IMG/VR virus record: IMGVR_UViG_3300035208_004239 | Location: 195,611-259,610 of that record | DNA: 64,000 bases | Strand: one strand, 5' to 3' | Source of the DNA: a virus | Taxonomy: Duplodnaviria; Heunggongvirae; Uroviricota; Caudoviricetes | In this document: in pieces, positions 26,563 to 37,581 of the stretch | Layout of the letters: each line of letters begins with the position of its first letter | How positions within the stretch are numbered: the stretch's first letter is position 1 | Notes under the pieces: model-generated | What the model saw: only the letters and a program-made list of their open reading frames with translations | Told to the model about the DNA's origin: nothing | The model's database searches: none | Translations under genes and position numbers: made by a program

Positions 26563-29500
26563 ATGGATAAGACTAACATTCTTTCTGAAATAAAAGGATT
26601 TCTTGAAGGATATAACAATGATTTGAAATATTTAGTTAATATTGAAACTGATCCAAATACAAATGAGGCTGATTGTATATTAAATGAACCCGGAAAGAAT
26701 CTGGAAATAAGAAAAATTAAATATACTCCGTTCATTTATATGAAAGATTTATCGTTGAAAGGATATAATTTATATTCCGGAAATCCTAATGAATTAGAAA
26801 GAAAAAAAAATGAATATGGAATAACGATTACATCACTTAAAATTGGTAAACATAAAAGATTAAGAGAAGGTTTTGTTTTTAAATTATCGAGTAGCATATC
26901 ATACAATGCGATTATAAATTTTTTAAGAGATGGTGGTGTTTATCCTTATGAAAAATTAAAAAATAATCGTAATCGTGAAATGAAAGATGAAAAGGGTTAT
27001 CCGATTTATCTATATAGAGATTTATTTAATTCAATAAGATTAACTGAACAATTTTTTATATCAACAGGAATAAGGTTATTTAAAGGTTTTGAAGAATATA
27101 AGGATGTTCATAAAGTTACTTTTGATATTGAAACTACTGGTTTAAGATATGAAACCACAAGATTATTTGCAATAGGGATTAGAGATAATAGAGGTTTTGA
27201 AACAATATTGGAAGTTGAAAAATCCGATGATGATGAATCTGAATGTAAATTAATTGTAAATTTTTTCGATACATTAATAAAATTAAAACCTGCAATAATT
27301 TCTGGTTTTAACTCTGAAGATTTTGATTTTAATTTTATTCTTGGTAGAGCGGGGTTATTAAAAATGAATTTGAGTTTATTATTAACTTCTTTGAAAACTG
27401 GTACTCAAATTTATAGAAGACCTAATGTAAGTTTAAAATATGGTGGTAATACTGATAAATTTACTGCAACTGAAATGTGGGGGATGTCAATAATTGATAT
27501 ATTACATGCAGTAAAAAGAACATCAGCAGTTAATAGCGAAATAAAAGAAAATAAATTAAAATATATTGCAAAATTTGAAAAAATTGCAAGACCAAATAGA
27601 ACATATATTCCCGGTGAAGATAATGCTATTGGTAAATTCTATAAGGAAAATAAAATTTTTATTGTTGATGAAAAAAATAATTATTTTCAATTTCCTGATG
27701 AATTTCAAGATGTTACAAAATGTTTATATGATTTACAATTAAAAAAATCAGTAATTACAGAAAGAGAATATAGAATACTTAAATCAGAATGTTTAAATAA
27801 TAATCCTAATTTTTCTTCTTGGTTTAAAGAAAATAATCATTTAAAAGGTGAATTAAAATTCATTAATGGTAAAAATCTCGTAAAACAATATTTGCTTGAT
27901 GACTTATGGGAAACTGAACAAGTGGATGAATTATATAATCAATCATCATTCATGCTGGCTAAAATTGTTCCAACTACATATCAAAGAATTTGTACAATGG
28001 GAACAGCATCAATATGGAATTTACTAATGACCGCTTGGAGTTATGAAAATGATTTAGCAATTCCTTATCCTGATGTGAAAGAAAGATTTTCTGGTGGGTT
28101 GGCAAGATGTTTTAAAGTTGGATATAGTAAAAGACTTATTAAAATTGATTATGCTTCACTTTATCCAATGCTTCAATTAACTTGGGGTATCTTTCCAATG
28201 TTTGATATAACTGGTGTTTTAGAGAAAATGTTATTATATTTTACTACAACTCGTAATATTTATAAAAAAATTGCAAATAATAGTAAATTAGATGACGAAG
28301 AAATTCTTTTATTAAAAGAAATCGATCATGAATTATATAAAAAGTTTATAAATAATGAAATTACTGATAAAGATAGAGCAAAAGCAAAAGTTAAACAATC
28401 ACCCATTAAAATATTAAATAATTCATTATTTGGTGCATTAGGTTCGGATATATCATTTAATTGGTCAGATAATATATGTGCTGCACATATTACTTGTTGT
28501 GGTCGATTAGAATTAAGACATGCAATAACATGGTTTGAAAAATATGGTTGTATTGCATTACTTGCTGTTACTGATGGTATTAATTTTCAAATACCAAATT
28601 ATACAAATACTCGTATTACTAATGATGGTGAAATTATTGAAGAAGTTGAAAGATTAATTGAAGAAATGTGGAAATATGATGATAAAAAAGGAATTGATGC
28701 TCTTATTAAAAAATTTAATAAGGAAGAAATGATACCGCCATATATGGCAGTTGATAATGATGGGGAATTTATTTCTTCATTAAATCTTTCACGTATTAAT
28801 TATGCAACTTTATCAACATATAAAGACAAAAAAACGGGAGAGTTAAAAGAAAAAATTAAACTTACGGGTAATACAATTAAATCTAAAATCATGCCCGGAT
28901 ATATTGAAGAATTTATTGATAAAGGGTTTGAATTGATTTTACATGGTGAGGGTGAAGAATTTTTTAATTATTATAAAAAATATGTTGATGATATTTATAA
29001 TCATAAAATACCATTAATGAAAATTGCAAGTAAAAGTAGAGTTAAAACAACAATAGCAAGATATAAAAATAGGGGTGTTGATAAAAATGGAAGAGAAAAA
29101 GGTAAGCAAGCATATATGGAATTACTTATTCAAGAAAGAAAAAGAATTGGATTAGAACTATTTGAAAAACATAAAACAGATTTGAAAATAGAAATTCCAG
29201 AAATTGATTTAACTGATGATAATAAAATAAAATTAATCTCGAATTATATGCCACCTGAACCTGAATTAGACAGTTTTATATATTTTGTTAATACAGGAAC
29301 AAAAAAATCGGATAGTAGTTCAAATTCAATTCATGAAACTATTGATGGTGTTACTAAAGAAAGATTAGCATCTACTTTAATTAAAAATGAAGATTTAGTT
29401 AATAATCCAAATATGACGGGGTATTATAATGTAGAAAAATATCTTAGTGCATTTAATAGTAGAGTTAAAACAATATTGGTTGGGTTTGAACCAGAAGTAA

Positions 29501-30279
29501 GAAAAGCATTCCTTTCAAATTATGAATGTGTTACTAAAACTAATGAAAATGGAAAAACAAAAAAAACAAAAATAAAAGAACTTGTTCATCATTTTTTTAC
29601 AAAGGAACAATTAACACTTAAAAATTTTGATGAGGATATATATAAAAAAGCAATGTTTTTAGAACCGAAAGAATCTCAATTTTGGAATAAAACAGGATAT
29701 GATTCAAGATTAGTATGGAATGGTTTTACTATGGATGAAGATAATGAAGTATATTATAAAATATACGAAGATGCGTTAAATTATTTTAATGATTTAATGT
29801 TAAGAAATAATAAACCAAAAATTAAATCAATTAATGAAAAATATAATATTGGAGATTTTATTTTAATTAAAGATGGTGATTCATATAATATTGGTAAGTT
29901 CAATGGAACATGTCTTGAAATAATTAGAGAAAATGTTGATAAACCAAAAACTGAATATGAATTGGAAATTGAAAGAAAAAGGGCAGAAAAATTAGCAGCT
30001 TTAAAAGCAGTAGCAGAAGAAAAAAGAAAACTTGAAAACACTATTGAAAATGAAAAAAAATTAAAAGCAAAGGAACGAAAAAGACAAAAATATTTTAAAG
30101 AATTTAAAAAAGAATTTAATGTTCCATCTAAAACATCAATGGAAAAGCTTTTTTTAGAAGTTGAAAATGCTGAAGAAACTTTTAATAAGTATGTGGAAAA
30201 TAAAGAAAATCCAGAGTTTGTAGATATTGAAGATTATGATGTAGATGAATCGTATGATGAATACGAAGGTGCTTATTAA
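26563..30279 (+). CDS. polB: family B DNA polymerase
   Basis: Exonuclease motifs FDIET, FNSEDFD, YLLDD; polymerase motifs DYASLYP, KILNNSLFG and variant motif C AVTDG. Confidence 0.92.
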   Translation: MDKTNILSEIKGFLEGYNNDLKYLVNIETDPNTNEADCILNEPGKNLEIRKIKYTPFIYMKDLSLKGYNLYSGNPNELERKKNEYGITITSLKIGKHKRLREGFVFKLSSSISYNAIINFLRDGGVYPYEKLKNNRNREMKDEKGYPIYLYRDLFNSIRLTEQFFISTGIRLFKGFEEYKDVHKVTFDIETTGLRYETTRLFAIGIRDNRGFETILEVEKSDDDESECKLIVNFFDTLIKLKPAIISGFNSEDFDFNFILGRAGLLKMNLSLLLTSLKTGTQIYRRPNVSLKYGGNTDKFTATEMWGMSIIDILHAVKRTSAVNSEIKENKLKYIAKFEKIARPNRTYIPGEDNAIGKFYKENKIFIVDEKNNYFQFPDEFQDVTKCLYDLQLKKSVITEREYRILKSECLNNNPNFSSWFKENNHLKGELKFINGKNLVKQYLLDDLWETEQVDELYNQSSFMLAKIVPTTYQRICTMGTASIWNLLMTAWSYENDLAIPYPDVKERFSGGLARCFKVGYSKRLIKIDYASLYPMLQLTWGIFPMFDITGVLEKMLLYFTTTRNIYKKIANNSKLDDEEILLLKEIDHELYKKFINNEITDKDRAKAKVKQSPIKILNNSLFGALGSDISFNWSDNICAAHITCCGRLELRHAITWFEKYGCIALLAVTDGINFQIPNYTNTRITNDGEIIEEVERLIEEMWKYDDKKGIDALIKKFNKEEMIPPYMAVDNDGEFISSLNLSRINYATLSTYKDKKTGELKEKIKLTGNTIKSKIMPGYIEEFIDKGFELILHGEGEEFFNYYKKYVDDIYNHKIPLMKIASKSRVKTTIARYKNRGVDKNGREKGKQAYMELLIQERKRIGLELFEKHKTDLKIEIPEIDLTDDNKIKLISNYMPPEPELDSFIYFVNTGTKKSDSSSNSIHETIDGVTKERLASTLIKNEDLVNNPNMTGYYNVEKYLSAFNSRVKTILVGFEPEVRKAFLSNYECVTKTNENGKTKKTKIKELVHHFFTKEQLTLKNFDEDIYKKAMFLEPKESQFWNKTGYDSRLVWNGFTMDEDNEVYYKIYEDALNYFNDLMLRNNKPKIKSINEKYNIGDFILIKDGDSYNIGKFNGTCLEIIRENVDKPKTEYELEIERKRAEKLAALKAVAEEKRKLENTIENEKKLKAKERKRQKYFKEFKKEFNVPSKTSMEKLFLEVENAEETFNKYVENKENPEFVDIEDYDVDESYDEYEGAY

Positions 30280-30312
30280 TATTAATAAGTATTTATATGA
30301 AAATATATCATC

Positions 30313-30951
30313 ATGAAATTAAAGAAAAAGGAATTATTCGAAATAATTGATTCAAACGGTGAATTAATAGGTAAAGAAGATATTCCAAGAAATGGTAGTG
30401 ATATGGAAACTCAAGCTAATGGCACTACCGACCAAAATGTTCAAATGGGTAATCAACCTTTCAGATATGATATGCTTGGTCGTTTTGGATTTACATTATT
30501 ACCTTTTATGGAAGGTAAAGAAAATCAACAACAATCTGAATTAATAAATGATGTTTCTAAAGAATTTTTGGTGTTATATAAAGAAATACTCGAATATTAT
30601 TTTCGTAATCCTAATAAAATTAAGAGTGATTATAGACGAATAGTACAAGATGGACATCATGAAGATAATCAAACATTTAATTTTAATACGAATTCACAAA
30701 AAGTTATTAAAATATTTGAAAAATATTTTGAGGGTTCATTCAAACAATCTGAAAATATAGATGAAGCTGCTGTAATTGAAGATAAAGTTATTAATAAAAA
30801 ATCTGAAGATGAAATATCAAAAAAATCTGAAGATAATGGTGTTAAGAAAAAACAAGTAGAAAAAATTGCTGGACTTATTAATAAAAAATTTGAAAAAAAT
30901 GATATTGATAAATTAATTAATTTATTGGAGAGAAAAAAAAATAAAAGATGA
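30313..30951 (+). CDS. hypothetical protein
   Basis: 212-aa ORF preceded by the GTATTTAT motif. Confidence 0.65.
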   Translation: MKLKKKELFEIIDSNGELIGKEDIPRNGSDMETQANGTTDQNVQMGNQPFRYDMLGRFGFTLLPFMEGKENQQQSELINDVSKEFLVLYKEILEYYFRNPNKIKSDYRRIVQDGHHEDNQTFNFNTNSQKVIKIFEKYFEGSFKQSENIDEAAVIEDKVINKKSEDEISKKSEDNGVKKKQVEKIAGLINKKFEKNDIDKLINLLERKKNKR

Positions 30952-30952
30952 A

Positions 30953-31126
30953 ATGGAATTTTCTTTAGAAGAAAAAAATAAAATCACTGATTTTGTTCAA
31001 AATTATAAAGGTGATTTTAAAGATGAAGATATTCATAATCTTGCAGATAAAATGGGTTTAGAAAAATCTGAAGTAGAAGAATTTGTATATAATTTGGCTC
31101 GTAATCTATTAAAAAGTAATGACTAA
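30953..31126 (+). CDS. small hypothetical protein (57 aa, not in the ORF track)
   Basis: ATG..TAA open frame MEFSLEEKNKITDF...NLLKSND fills the gap between neighbouring genes. Confidence 0.6.
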   Translation: MEFSLEEKNKITDFVQNYKGDFKDEDIHNLADKMGLEKSEVEEFVYNLARNLLKSND

Positions 31127-32057
31127 AATATTAAATATTACTGAATTTATTAATAAAGCACATAAAAAACATAATAATTATTATGATTATAATTTAGTAA
31201 ATTATGTTAATTCACGTACTAAAATAAAAATTATTTGTCCGATACATGGTGTTTTTGAACAAAAACCAAATAATCATTTAAATGGTCAAGGGTGTTTAGA
31301 ATGTGGAAAAATAAAAAGTAAAAATAAAAATAGAAAAAATAATAGTTATTTTATAGGTAAAGCAATAAAAATACACGGTAATAAATATGATTATTCCAAA
31401 GTTAATTATATTGGTGCAGATAATTATGTTGATATTATTTGTCCAATACACGGTGTTTTTAGTCAACATGCAAATAGTCATTTAAGTGGTAGAAATTGTC
31501 CTAAGTGTGTTGGTGGCATAAAAAAAACAAAAAATGAATTTATTTTAAATGCAAAAAAAATTCATAAAGATAAATATGATTATTCTTTAGTTGAATATGT
31601 TAATGCAAAAACCAATGTTAATATTATTTGCTCAATTCATGGCATTTTTAAACAAACTCCAAGTAAACACTTATGTGGACATGGATGTACAATTTGTAAT
31701 GAATCGAAGGGTGAAAAAGAAATTAGTGATTATTTATTAAATAAATCTATTAATTTTGAGAGAGAAAAAAAATTTATTGATTGTAAAGGAAAAAGGCATA
31801 TGTTTTCATTTGATTTTTATCTTCCAGAATATAAAACATTAATTGAATTTGATGGTAAACAACATTATATTCCAGTTAATTTTTATGGATGTTCAAATGA
31901 AAAAGCGTTAAAAACATTTTTTGATTTAAAGAAAAATGATGAAATAAAAAATAATTTTACTAAATTAAATAATTATAATTTACTTAGAATTAAGTTTGAT
32001 CAAATAAATAAAATTAAAAAAATATTAGAAATATATGAACCAATATCTCAAAGATAA
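31119..32057 (+). mobile_element. putative homing endonuclease, paralogue of 9676-10641
   Basis: Same CPIHG.F.Q...HL.G..C repeats and FDFYLP...IEFDGKQH. Confidence 0.75.
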
Positions 32058-32835
32058 AATATATAGAATACCATTAAATATACTTAATAGCATTCAAATT
32101 GCACTTATGTCTAATTCTGATAATATTGGTGTTAAACGAGCTAAATTTCTTTTAAAAAATGGTAATATTACTTATCAGGACATGAAAAGATTGAAAAATT
32201 TTTTTGATCATTTTGATCAACAAATTAATAATAAAACACAATATGCACTTGCAGGTGGCGAATTAATGAGATCATTTATTGAAACAACATTAGCTACTGA
32301 TAGAAATGCTCTTGAACAATCTAAAAAGGTTAAACAAGAAATAAATGTTGATCCCAATTTGGGAACAAGTGCATTTAAATCTTCTCCAAATCTTAATGAA
32401 GAAAAGAAAAAGGAGTTAAATGTTGAGGATTATGATAAATTAAAAAAAAATGCATTAGCGGTTATAGTAAATAACGATAATAAGTTTTTGTTATTAAAAA
32501 GGTCTGATTATCAAAAACAATGGCAACCGGAAAAATGGTCATTAGTAGGTGGTTCAGTTGAAAAAAAAGAAGAACCGGAAGCTGCGTGTAGTAGAGAAAT
32601 TAAAGAAGAGACTGGATTAGACATTAAAAAATTTATAGAAAAGGTAGTGATACAAAGAAATCCAGATAGTATTGAACATATATTTGCATGTAGATATGAA
32701 GGTGAACCAACAGATATTTCACTTAATAAAGAACACACTAATTATGGTTGGTTTGATATTAATGAAATAGATTACTTAGATACTGTACCTAATCTTCAAG
32801 ATTATATTAATTTGGTGTTTATTAAATATAGTTAA
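32035..32835 (+). CDS. Nudix hydrolase with an additional N-terminal domain
   Basis: Nudix box GGSVEKKEEPEAACSREIKEETGL. Confidence 0.85.
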   Translation: MNQYLKDKIYRIPLNILNSIQIALMSNSDNIGVKRAKFLLKNGNITYQDMKRLKNFFDHFDQQINNKTQYALAGGELMRSFIETTLATDRNALEQSKKVKQEINVDPNLGTSAFKSSPNLNEEKKKELNVEDYDKLKKNALAVIVNNDNKFLLLKRSDYQKQWQPEKWSLVGGSVEKKEEPEAACSREIKEETGLDIKKFIEKVVIQRNPDSIEHIFACRYEGEPTDISLNKEHTNYGWFDINEIDYLDTVPNLQDYINLVFIKYS

Positions 32836-32932
32836 TCTATAAAATAATTAATAGAGAAAGATGGGATAATCTTTAAAAAATACGATTAACTTGTATTTAT
32901 AATAAATAACAGAAAAATTAAAATCAAAAAAA

Positions 32933-33172
32933 ATGAGCAAATTAGAAGACAATAGCGTATCTTTTAAAAAGAAAAATATTTCCAGAAATCGTTATGATAA
33001 TAATAAGTATTATAATGTTTCTCATCCAAATGCTTTATCAACTGGTGATGAACCGGGAAAGGGTGAAGTAAACGGACAGGTAGGTAATGCTACTGATATT
33101 AAAACGAGAGATAAATTAATAGTTAAAAATAAATATAATAAAAATAAGGAATATAACGATGCTACTGCTTAA
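32933..33172 (+). CDS. small hypothetical protein
   Basis: 79-aa ORF after the GTATTTAT motif. Confidence 0.6.
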   Translation: MSKLEDNSVSFKKKNISRNRYDNNKYYNVSHPNALSTGDEPGKGEVNGQVGNATDIKTRDKLIVKNKYNKNKEYNDATA

Positions 33173-34062
33173 TGTTAAACGAGCATAAAATATTATTTAA
33201 TAACATTAAAGATTTTCGTCATAAAGTTCTTATAACTGAAGCGGTTGGAGATGATGCGATTATTAAAGCTATTGATAATCATCAGTATATCTATATCTAT
33301 TATGAAGGTGATAAAACAAATCAAAAGGGTTATCGAACAATTAGACCATATGTTTTAGGTACATCAAGAGCAGGAAATAAAGTTATTAGAGCTTGGCAAG
33401 AAAGAGGTAAAAGTGAAAGTTATTCTTTTGGTCAACGTGGTGCTGAACATGATTATTGGACTGATGATGATAATAAAATAAAACCGGGATGGAGAATGTT
33501 TCGGTTAGATAAAATTGCATCCGTCTATCCCACTGGAAAAAAATTTAATAAATCTGATGGTACTGTTATGATTCCACCTAAATACAAAGAGGGATCGGAT
33601 GCAGATATGACAAGTATTATTACATATGTTTCGACAAAAACTGAACCTGAATTTGTTCCAAGAGATGTATCTACAAGACCAAAAGAAGGAAGATGGAAAA
33701 AATTTATTAATGCTAATGGTGAAAATGTTAAATTAACACCAGAAGATGTTAAAAATTTATATTATAACGCAAAAAAAATTCAAAAAAAAGCTGCTGGACA
33801 ATTTTTTGTTGCAGTTGATGATGAAGATAATATTTATTTAATTGATTTTAGAAATAAAAATATTTTTCCTAAAAATGCTATAATTGGTGATTTAGCAAAA
33901 TTATATAATGATATAGTTAAAACTACACCAGAATCAAATACTGATCAATTTTTTAGAAATACTTTAGAAAAAAGTAAAAGGGAAAGAAAATTAAATCCGG
34001 GAACAACAAAACAAGAAAATCCAACAATTCCTTATAATAGAAAACCTTTTTTCAAAACTTAA
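33172..34062 (+). CDS. WYL-domain protein
   Basis: IYY.G...RTIRPY.LG...IRAW...WRMFRLDKI WYL signature. Confidence 0.7.
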   Translation: MLNEHKILFNNIKDFRHKVLITEAVGDDAIIKAIDNHQYIYIYYEGDKTNQKGYRTIRPYVLGTSRAGNKVIRAWQERGKSESYSFGQRGAEHDYWTDDDNKIKPGWRMFRLDKIASVYPTGKKFNKSDGTVMIPPKYKEGSDADMTSIITYVSTKTEPEFVPRDVSTRPKEGRWKKFINANGENVKLTPEDVKNLYYNAKKIQKKAAGQFFVAVDDEDNIYLIDFRNKNIFPKNAIIGDLAKLYNDIVKTTPESNTDQFFRNTLEKSKRERKLNPGTTKQENPTIPYNRKPFFKT

Positions 34063-34094
34063 AGTATTTATAAAAAAATATAAAATATTATAAA

Positions 34095-34769
34095 ATGGCA
34101 AAAAATATTGATTTAAATAAAATTAAGGGTGAAATTGAAAGTCGTAAAAGAGAAAGAAATATGACACAATCATCATTTGGTGAGCAAGTTAATGCAGCTC
34201 CAAAAGATGTATTTTTAAATGGATTACTTGAATCTTTACAAACTGGTAGAGAAACTGCTGCATTAAATTTATTAAAAACTGTTGATAATAAAGCATCTAT
34301 AAAAATTGGTGAAATACCTAAACACACAATAAATGAAACTTCTGTTCAACGAAGACCAATTCAAATGGAAGAAAAACAACATTCAGTTGAAATGTCACCG
34401 GAAAGGGATGAACAATTATTTCATGATATTGAAAAAAAGAGAAAAAGTACTTTAGCTGAATCAATGGAAGGTTATATTAATCCTGCAGGACATAGACCCA
34501 CACAAGTTCCTTTAAATGAGGGAACGTATCAACAACCAATGTTGAATGAAGTATATTTAGCTGAAAGTGTAAAACGAATGGTGAATAATCATTTGATTGA
34601 AAATTTAGGTCCTGTTCTTGAAGAATCAATTAAAAGTACAATTATTGAAATGTATGCTGTTGAACGAATAAATGAAGTTCTTCGTGAAAATAAGGAATTT
34701 ATTAAAACAGTCGTCATAGATACAATTAAAGAGATACAAGCAAGAAGCAAAGCAAAAGCGCAACAATAA
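34095..34769 (+). CDS. hypothetical protein
   Basis: 224-aa helical ORF. Confidence 0.65.
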   Translation: MAKNIDLNKIKGEIESRKRERNMTQSSFGEQVNAAPKDVFLNGLLESLQTGRETAALNLLKTVDNKASIKIGEIPKHTINETSVQRRPIQMEEKQHSVEMSPERDEQLFHDIEKKRKSTLAESMEGYINPAGHRPTQVPLNEGTYQQPMLNEVYLAESVKRMVNNHLIENLGPVLEESIKSTIIEMYAVERINEVLRENKEFIKTVVIDTIKEIQARSKAKAQQ

Positions 34770-34783
34770 ATTGCGTTTTTTTT
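34754..34783 (+). terminator. probable intrinsic terminator
   Basis: aaaagcgcaa-caataaa-ttgcgttttttt. Confidence 0.6.
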
Positions 34784-34814
34784 ATTAATATTTCATTATT
34801 AAGTTTGTATTTAT

Positions 34815-36701
34815 GTGTATACTATAAAAATTCCAAGTATGACATATAATGATTTTTTAAAATTTTTAAATGAATTTAATAAAATTAATACTTTTATTGG
34901 TAAGATTGATTATGCAAATAGAAATCTAAATAGGATTGCTTCAGGTACTGGAAGAATTGTATATGATATTGATGGTAATAAAGTATTTAAATTAGCTAAA
35001 AACACAAAAGGTATTTCACAAAATGATGCAGAATCATCTGCTGCAGTATATAAAAGTTATGACGATATATTAACCGATGTTATTGAATATGCTGATGATG
35101 ATTCTTGGTTAATAGCTGAAAAAGCAAAAAAAATCACATCATTAAGATTTAAAGAATTAATTGGTTATGATATTAATCAGTTTTATGCTTATTTAGCAAA
35201 TGATGATTTAGAAATAAATGGATATCCTAAACGATATAAAATCGATCCTACTATTGAGGCACAAATGCATGATGATGAACAAATACAAAGATTTAGAAAT
35301 TTTATAATTGATTATGATATTAATGTTGGTGATTTTGGACGAATAAGTTCATATGGTGAAATTGTACGTGAAGGTATACCTACTTTAGTATTAACTGATT
35401 ATGGATTAACTAAAGATAATTATAATACTCATTATACTTCAACAAAAAATAAAAGTTATGTGTTACATGAATTATTTTTTGGTGATGGTAATGATGATAT
35501 TCTTTCTGATATAGGGGGTAGTGAAGAAATTAGAATGGGAAATGCAACAATACCATTAAATTATGTTAGTGAAGACGGTAGTTCGAATTTTTCAACTGAT
35601 AATACTTTAGGTCGAGATAATTTTCCAATATATAATCAGATTGATACTTCACCATCAATCAATAATGATTCCGAGGCAAATAGTGAAATTGATGAAGATT
35701 TAGAATATAATCATGCCAGTGATGCAACAAAAGATCAATATAGTATTACAGAACGTATAGTGTCAGCAATGCCGGGAAGTAGTAGTGTTGAAGTTAAAAA
35801 GAAATGTAGATTAGCAGGTAATGGTAATACAAGTACTGCATGTAATCAAGGAGATATAAAAAATTTAAATATTAAATCACTTAAAGAAACTGTTAATATT
35901 AATTTACCCAATGGTGAAATTGATGGGTTTCAATCATTTGATATTATTAATAATAATCAAGTTATTGGTGAAATTGATATAATTAATCGTGATAATGGTT
36001 ATATAATTCTTGATAAAATTTTTATTCATAAAAATTATAGGGGTAAGGGTTATGCCAATGAAGTAATACAAATTTTATTTAAATATGCCGATAAATTTAA
36101 TAAAATTATTACCTTAACCCCGGATAATATTTGGGGAGCAAATATGAATAAATTAAAAAGATGGTATCAATCTTTAGGTTTCACGATGAACAAAGGTAGA
36201 AATAAAGATTTTACAACAATGCAACTAATGTATAGATTACCAAAAACATTAAATGAGGGATTTAATGGGAATTCTTTTGATAGTTGGTTTAGTGGTTCAC
36301 AAGTAGTAGATAATGATGATAAACCTTTGGTTGTTTATCATGGCACAAATAAGAAATTTGATAGATTTAATTTAAAAAATGCAGCACAACCAATAATATG
36401 GTTTTCTTCGGATAAAAATAAAATAGAACGAGGTGAAGCAGGTGCTGCCGGAACAAGCAGAATTGTTCCAGCTTATTTATCAATAAAGAAAATGGCTGGC
36501 TGGAATGAATATGAAAAATATGGGTTGGGTCAACTTTATGAAATGGGATATGATGGGGCAAAACTTGATGATGATTATTTTGTATTTAGTTCAAAACAAA
36601 TAAAAATATTGAAAAATAAGAATAGTATTAATGTTACAAACTTAATGGATGAAATTAATAAAAATATAAATGAGGCAAGAAAATTAATGAATGTTAAATA
36701 A
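34815..36701 (+). CDS. polyvalent protein: kinase-like + GNAT acetyltransferase + ADP-ribosyltransferase-like domains
   Basis: GTGRIVY..FKLAK..QNDAE..DFG..LTDYGL (kinase-like); IFIHKNYRGKGYA..L..WY..LGF (GNAT); PLVVYHGT..IWFS..YLSI..GYDG (ART-like). Confidence 0.65.
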   Translation: MYTIKIPSMTYNDFLKFLNEFNKINTFIGKIDYANRNLNRIASGTGRIVYDIDGNKVFKLAKNTKGISQNDAESSAAVYKSYDDILTDVIEYADDDSWLIAEKAKKITSLRFKELIGYDINQFYAYLANDDLEINGYPKRYKIDPTIEAQMHDDEQIQRFRNFIIDYDINVGDFGRISSYGEIVREGIPTLVLTDYGLTKDNYNTHYTSTKNKSYVLHELFFGDGNDDILSDIGGSEEIRMGNATIPLNYVSEDGSSNFSTDNTLGRDNFPIYNQIDTSPSINNDSEANSEIDEDLEYNHASDATKDQYSITERIVSAMPGSSSVEVKKKCRLAGNGNTSTACNQGDIKNLNIKSLKETVNINLPNGEIDGFQSFDIINNNQVIGEIDIINRDNGYIILDKIFIHKNYRGKGYANEVIQILFKYADKFNKIITLTPDNIWGANMNKLKRWYQSLGFTMNKGRNKDFTTMQLMYRLPKTLNEGFNGNSFDSWFSGSQVVDNDDKPLVVYHGTNKKFDRFNLKNAAQPIIWFSSDKNKIERGEAGAAGTSRIVPAYLSIKKMAGWNEYEKYGLGQLYEMGYDGAKLDDDYFVFSSKQIKILKNKNSINVTNLMDEINKNINEARKLMNVK

Positions 36702-36723
36702 TTAATGACCCTTTCCGTATCTT

Positions 36724-37581
36724 TTGTGGGTTTCCATACTATTTATTGTTATGAGAAATAATTGGAGTGATATTGAAATTAATATACTTAAAATATATTA
36801 TCCAAATACTAATGATATTAACATTGTTAAATATTTTAATGGAAGAACGTTAACATCAATTAAAATTAAAGCAAAAAGATTGAAAATTTATCGTAATGAT
36901 AAAATTAAAAAATGTAATCGTAGTAATGGTAGCGTTGGTATTAAAAATGGTATGTATGGAAAATCTTCTAAATTAAAAGGTAAAACATATGATGAATATT
37001 ATGGTAATGAAAAATCCAAAATAATTAAAGATAAATTATCTAATAATAATATTGGTAAAATTGGTTCATTTGGTAGTAAAAATGGTATGTATAAAAAAAT
37101 ACCGTATAATAAAGGTATTTCACCAAGTAATGAAATTAAAAATAAAATAAAAAGTGGTATTAATAATTATTGGAATAATTTAAATAAATTTGAATTAAAA
37201 AAAAGAAAAGATAAATTAAGGGAAGATTGGATCATAAAAAGAAAGAAATATTCTGAGATTGATACAATACCTGAAATAATAACTGAAAATATTTTATTAA
37301 AATTAAAAATTAAATATCAAAAAAAAATAAATATTGGATATTATAATTGTGATTTTGTAGTCAATAATATTATTATTGAAGTACAAGGAGATTATTGGCA
37401 TGGTAATCCAAAATTTTATAATTCATTTGATAAAATACAAGAAAAAAATATTAATAGAGATAAAAGAAAATTAAAATTCTTACAATCAAAGGGATATTTG
37501 ACATTATATTTATGGGAAAATGATTTAAAACATAATGTTGATTATTGTGAAAACCAACTAATAAAACATTTTTATGAGTAA
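36724..37581 (+). mobile_element. putative homing endonuclease (NUMOD3-like repeats + Vsr/DUF559-like nuclease); likely start at ATG 36751
   Basis: G.KNGMYG repeats; CDFVV..IIEVQGDYWHGNP...D..K...GY..L.LWE. Confidence 0.7.

Noticed and set aside
36667..37581. Group I intron around the free-standing endonuclease genes
   Set aside because: The flanking genes look complete, and I could not see intron core elements by eye
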